A DNA stretch of 64,000 nucleotides from an uncultured delta proteobacterium (GTDB lineage Bacteria > Desulfobacterota > RBG-13-43-22): assembly GCA_963802945.1 (NCBI GenBank), contig CAWDKY010000029.1, positions 192,001-256,000 on the forward strand, in the 5' to 3' direction. The first letter of the stretch is position 1; each line of letters opens with the position of its first letter. The position numbers and the translations under genes are program-made. This document shows positions 60,234 to 64,000 of the stretch, in pieces. Under the pieces are notes generated by a model. The model had not been told where the DNA came from. It searched no databases and was given only the letters and a program-made list of their open reading frames with translations.

Positions 60234-60438
60234 CAACAAAAAACCCATCTTCTTTTTCAAAAAATGGGGTCTTGATGGACTGCTTCATAGGCCAGTCTCA
60301 AAAAAACAGGATTCGAGGGTTCAAGGAATTAAACTCCTTTGCATTTCATTTGAACGGATAATTTAGAATATATCAATTAGTGAGAAGATGTTAGGGAAAA
60401 GATGTAAGATTCCCGTGGAAAAAAATTTTAGAATTTAC

Positions 60439-60467
60439 TTGACACCCAAATTTCTTTTTTATATATT
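60439..60467 (+). promoter_or_regulatory. sigma70 promoter for the acyl-CoA dehydrogenase
   Basis: TTGACA-17 bp-TATATT. Confidence 0.65.
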
Positions 60468-60522
60468 CAGTCCAAACAAGTTTTTATCAATTAAATCAAT
60501 AAATTATAATTAGGATGCAGCT

Positions 60523-61689
60523 ATGGACTTTAAGATCAGCGATGAGCAGCGCGCCTTCGTCAAAACGATACGCAAAGTATGCCAGAAAGAGTTTGCTCCG
60601 CGGGCTATCCAGTACCTTGACGGCACGTGGCCCCAGGAGAACATGCGCCGACTTGCCGAGTTGGGCGTTTTGGGAATGGCCGTGCCGCAGGAATACGGCG
60701 GGTTAGGCCTGGCTATCCTCGATACCGTATTGGTGCTCGAAGAAATCGGCAAGGTGTGTTATGTCACTGCTATGGCGGTGCTGGGCGAGGTTGGTGTGCA
60801 AACCCTTATCATCGCCCATTATGCGCCCGAGAGCATCAAACAAAAAATACTTCCACGCGTGGCCAGCGGTGATGCCATTCTAGCTATCTGCATGACCGAA
60901 CCCGACGCCGGCACCGATGTTCCCAACTATCGCACCAATTGTGAAATCTGGGGCGATCGTCTGGTGCTGAAGGGCGTCAAGACACTGATCAGCCGCGCCG
61001 ACATCGCTGAGATGTTCGTAGTCTTTACGCGCGTGAACGGAGTGCCGGGCGCGCGCGGCATCGGCTGCGTACTGGTACCCGGTGGAGTGAAGGGACTTAC
61101 CGTGAGGGCAAGTTATCACACCATGGGTGGCGAGTATCTGTCGGAGGTCATCTTCGAAGATGTTGAATTGCCTTTTGAGAACTTGGTCGTTCGCGAAAAC
61201 GGCATGAAGCGGCTGCTCTCGGCGTTCAATACTCAGCGTTGCCTGAATCCCGCCATCTGCCTCGGACTCGCGGAAGGGGCGCTGGAACAAGCCGTACGCT
61301 ACATGCGTGAGCGTTCAGCCTTCGGCCAGAAGATCGGTGACTTCCAAGGCCTGCGCTGGAAAGTGGCCGACATGTATATCGAGATCGAGGCGGCGCGTGG
61401 CCTGCTCTACCGGGCGGCAGTGAGCGGTGATCAGTTCCCGGACCCAATGCTCGCTGCCATGGCTAAGATCTACACCAACGAGATGAGCATCCGTGTCACT
61501 TCGGAGGCGATCCAGGTGCACGGCGGTTATGGCTTCACCGACGAATTTGCGGTGTCGCGCTTTTTTCGCGGCGCGCGCTACGGCAGCCTTGGCGGCGGCA
61601 CCACTGAAACCTTGCGCAACCTTGTCGCCAGGAAGCTTGTGGAGGACCTGGATCTGGCGACCGGCTGCTTCGGTATGGGAACGTTCTAA
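60523..61689 (+). CDS. Acyl-CoA dehydrogenase family protein
   Basis: MTEPDAGTD, GVKTLIS, RSAFGQKIGDFQG, QVHGGYG, GGGTTE. Confidence 0.95.
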   Translation: MDFKISDEQRAFVKTIRKVCQKEFAPRAIQYLDGTWPQENMRRLAELGVLGMAVPQEYGGLGLAILDTVLVLEEIGKVCYVTAMAVLGEVGVQTLIIAHYAPESIKQKILPRVASGDAILAICMTEPDAGTDVPNYRTNCEIWGDRLVLKGVKTLISRADIAEMFVVFTRVNGVPGARGIGCVLVPGGVKGLTVRASYHTMGGEYLSEVIFEDVELPFENLVVRENGMKRLLSAFNTQRCLNPAICLGLAEGALEQAVRYMRERSAFGQKIGDFQGLRWKVADMYIEIEAARGLLYRAAVSGDQFPDPMLAAMAKIYTNEMSIRVTSEAIQVHGGYGFTDEFAVSRFFRGARYGSLGGGTTETLRNLVARKLVEDLDLATGCFGMGTF

Positions 61690-61701
61690 TTGCTTACAAT
61701 C

Positions 61702-62514
61702 CTATTTTTTACTCAATTCCAGATTTTTCAAAGCTGTTTTCGCATTGGCCAGATTTTTTCCTGGGACATTGACTCCTTTAAACTCGCTCCACCTCGGATA
61801 CCTATTAATGAAGTAGGTCTGAAAACCCCCTTCGATTTCTGAGGTAAAGCCCATGGCGTCCAGCATATGATTGACGGAATATTTTACCATTCGCAACTGA
61901 AAGGGATTGTTTTCGGCCACCCGTTCGGCATAGGCCAGAGTTTTTTCTTCCAGCTTCTCACGAGGGAAGACTTTATTGATGAAATGGTTTTCAAGAGCCT
62001 CGGCTGCAGTGATAAAACGATGTTCAAAGAGGATTTCCTTGGCCTTGCGGGCTCCCAGGTCCCAAGGAACTGGGAAGTATTGGGTGTGGGACGGCAGGAA
62101 TAAGGCGTCTTCGGAGGCGAAGATAATATCCATGGCCGAAGCGAACATCCATCCTCCGAATATGCAATAGCCCTGGACCATGGCAATGGTCGGTTTGGGC
62201 ACATTGCGCCAGCGCAGGGTTTTATTGAGGTAGATGTCTCGAAAGCGGTTATATACGCCCGGACCGTCGTTGGGGAAACCCCTGGTCTCCTTGTCAGCCG
62301 TTTCTTCGGGTGTTCCCAAATCGTGGCCGGCGGAAAAGTGATCGCCTTTACCGGAAAGGACGATAACCTTGACCGCCTCATCATTGGAAGCCTTTTCAAA
62401 GGCCTCCTCCATTTCTTCAATCATCAGGCGGCTCTGGGCATTGCGGTATTTCGGACGATTTAGAATGATTCGGGCTATTGCTGCCGGTTGATAGATAATG
62501 TGTTTGTAGTCCAT
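61702..62514 (-). CDS. Enoyl-CoA hydratase/isomerase family protein (paralog of 12748-13608)
   Basis: LNRPKYRNAQ, HFSAGHDLGT, KPTIAMVQGYCIFGG. Confidence 0.9.
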   Translation of the reverse strand: MDYKHIIYQPAAIARIILNRPKYRNAQSRLMIEEMEEAFEKASNDEAVKVIVLSGKGDHFSAGHDLGTPEETADKETRGFPNDGPGVYNRFRDIYLNKTLRWRNVPKPTIAMVQGYCIFGGWMFASAMDIIFASEDALFLPSHTQYFPVPWDLGARKAKEILFEHRFITAAEALENHFINKVFPREKLEEKTLAYAERVAENNPFQLRMVKYSVNHMLDAMGFTSEIEGGFQTYFINRYPRWSEFKGVNVPGKNLANAKTALKNLELSKK

Positions 62515-62615
62515 GATTACTCCTTCCTTTTTATTAGCTGCCGGTACCTGGGAACTCGATGGGTATCTTTAAACTTACCTAATGGAAAAAAATCCGGCCT
62601 ATCACCGGGGTCCTT

Positions 62616-64000
62616 CTATAGAGACCTGATCCGCTTGGCCTTGGGCAGCAGGTCATCCAACTGTTTTTTAATGGCGATCTTGTCGAACTTTCCCACACTG
62701 GTCTTGGGGATGGCCTTGGTGATCAGTATGTAATCGGGAAGCATCCATTTGGTGAGCTTCCCTTTTTCCACGCCTTCAGCCTGCAAAAAGTTGAGGATGT
62801 CTTTCTCATCTTCTTTGGCCCCTGGAACGAGAGTCACAAGAGCCATGGGCCTTTGTCCCCATTTTTCATCAGGGACCCCCACATAGGTGGCCTCCAAGAC
62901 GAATTCAGCCGTGGCCGTAAGGTTCTCCAGCAAAACCGTGGGAACCATTTCCGCACCGCTGCGGATCATATCAGACATCCGGTCGGCTATAATGGCGTAT
63001 CCTTCTTCATCCATTTTGGCCACATCCCCTGTATGGAACCAGCCGTCACGCCAGACCTCGGCTGTTTTCTCCGGATTATTAAAATACTGCTCCATGACCC
63101 ACGGGCCCCGGATCAGGATCTCACCCACGGTCTCGTTGTCCCGGGGGACCGATTTCCCATTTTCGTCGACAATCATCACCTCTACTCCTGGGACGGCCAA
63201 TCCGGTTTTTACCCTGATCTCGTCCAGCTTTTCCTCCGGCCAATCTACCATGGTTTTCTTGACAAAGGCCCGGATGGCGGAAGGTGCTGTTTCCGTCATA
63301 CCGTATCCGGATCTGGCCTTGAACCCGGGAATGATCTTCTCGGCTTTCCTTTTCAATCCCAAAGGCAAGGCCCCGCCGCCGACGCCCAGGTTTTTCAGAC
63401 TGCTGAGATCGTAGCGGTGAATATTTTCATATTCCACGAGCATAGCCAGGACCGTGGGCACCACTGAGGTTGAGGTCACTTTTTCGGTTTGAACCAGTTC
63501 GCAGAATCCCTCCACCGTAAACGTTCCCGGCAGGGCCAGTTTGTTGGCTGAAAAGACATTGAGAAACGGAGCGCCCCAGCCATGCACATGATAAAGGGGT
63601 GTTACCGCCATCCAAACGTCTGCCTCCCCAAAATGAACCCGGGATGGATCGGTGAGAAAATAATTATAGGCAATGATATGCAGGGCCTGTAAATAGAGCT
63701 GCCGGTGAGTAAACATGGCCCCTTTGGGCAGGCCCGTTGTGCCGGTCGTATAACATAGGGTGGCATAGGTATCTTCATCGAAGATCGGCCACTCGAATCC
63801 AGGGGATTGCTCTTTAAGCAAGGCTTCATATTCATAAAGGGGTTCGATTCTTGTTTGGGGGAGTCCTGGTTTATCGGACAGATAGACAAATTTTTCCACC
63901 GTGTCTTTGATTCGATCATAGATGCTTTCCAGCATGGGCCAGAAGGTATCATCCACAAACAGGATTTTGTCCTGAGAATGACGGATGGTATGAACGATAT
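62616..64000 (-). CDS. Acyl-CoA ligase (AMP-binding, medium/long-chain), 5' end outside the window
   Basis: YTTGTTGLPKG, GYGMTE, WFHTGD, PKTSVGK. Confidence 0.93.
   Translation of the reverse strand, partial: IVHTIRHSQDKILFVDDTFWPMLESIYDRIKDTVEKFVYLSDKPGLPQTRIEPLYEYEALLKEQSPGFEWPIFDEDTYATLCYTTGTTGLPKGAMFTHRQLYLQALHIIAYNYFLTDPSRVHFGEADVWMAVTPLYHVHGWGAPFLNVFSANKLALPGTFTVEGFCELVQTEKVTSTSVVPTVLAMLVEYENIHRYDLSSLKNLGVGGGALPLGLKRKAEKIIPGFKARSGYGMTETAPSAIRAFVKKTMVDWPEEKLDEIRVKTGLAVPGVEVMIVDENGKSVPRDNETVGEILIRGPWVMEQYFNNPEKTAEVWRDGWFHTGDVAKMDEEGYAIIADRMSDMIRSGAEMVPTVLLENLTATAEFVLEATYVGVPDEKWGQRPMALVTLVPGAKEDEKDILNFLQAEGVEKGKLTKWMLPDYILITKAIPKTSVGKFDKIAIKKQLDDLLPKAKRIRSL

Larger units (their letters stand above)
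59452..60298. repeat. 64-bp direct repeat (59452-59515, 60235-60298) flanking the second TA pair; each copy reads as a minus-strand terminator
   Basis: Manual alignment about 50/64 identical; CCCAT..ATGGGG stem next to an A-run. Confidence 0.8.

Noticed and set aside
1-64000. tRNA, rRNA, tmRNA, integrase or transposase genes
   Set aside because: No cloverleaf, rRNA-like tract or recombinase motif was recognised by eye; a tRNAscan/Infernal run would be needed to exclude them fully.

Overview
Bacterial chromosomal window whose gene content (PxxKW protein, pilB-pilC-pilS, pilT/pilU, Vor-type 2-oxoacid oxidoreductase, many crotonase/acyl-CoA genes) points to an anaerobic Desulfobacterota-type (deltaproteobacterial) genome; this is inferred, not searched. 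Most of it is housekeeping: an opp/dpp ABC operon, xseAB-ispA-dxs-tlyA-aminotransferase, type IV pilus genes, hisHF, folD-panB-panE, vor, fabD, hpt, queC-queE, ftsH and acyl-CoA catabolism. An AT-rich accessory island at about 4.7-10.5 kb holds HigBA, a dual-HD protein followed by an attC-like site, a putative type II R-M pair, a VOC protein and MazEF; a second MazF-type TA pair lies at 59.6-60.2 kb. The most unusual signal is a four-helix-bundle (IVS/Avd-like) gene inside the opp operon, enclosed in a 32-bp inverted repeat made of 7-nt units. More than a dozen ORF-less 7/8-mer arrays, mostly inverted pairs, sit at other gene junctions and may be an IVS-like element family. Two TA modules lie between direct repeats of local sequence. 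No rRNA, tRNA, CRISPR array, integrase, transposase or reverse transcriptase was seen. Clustered homopolymer frameshifts (oppF, pilB, vor gamma) look like sequencing errors. All calls are by eye, without database searches.
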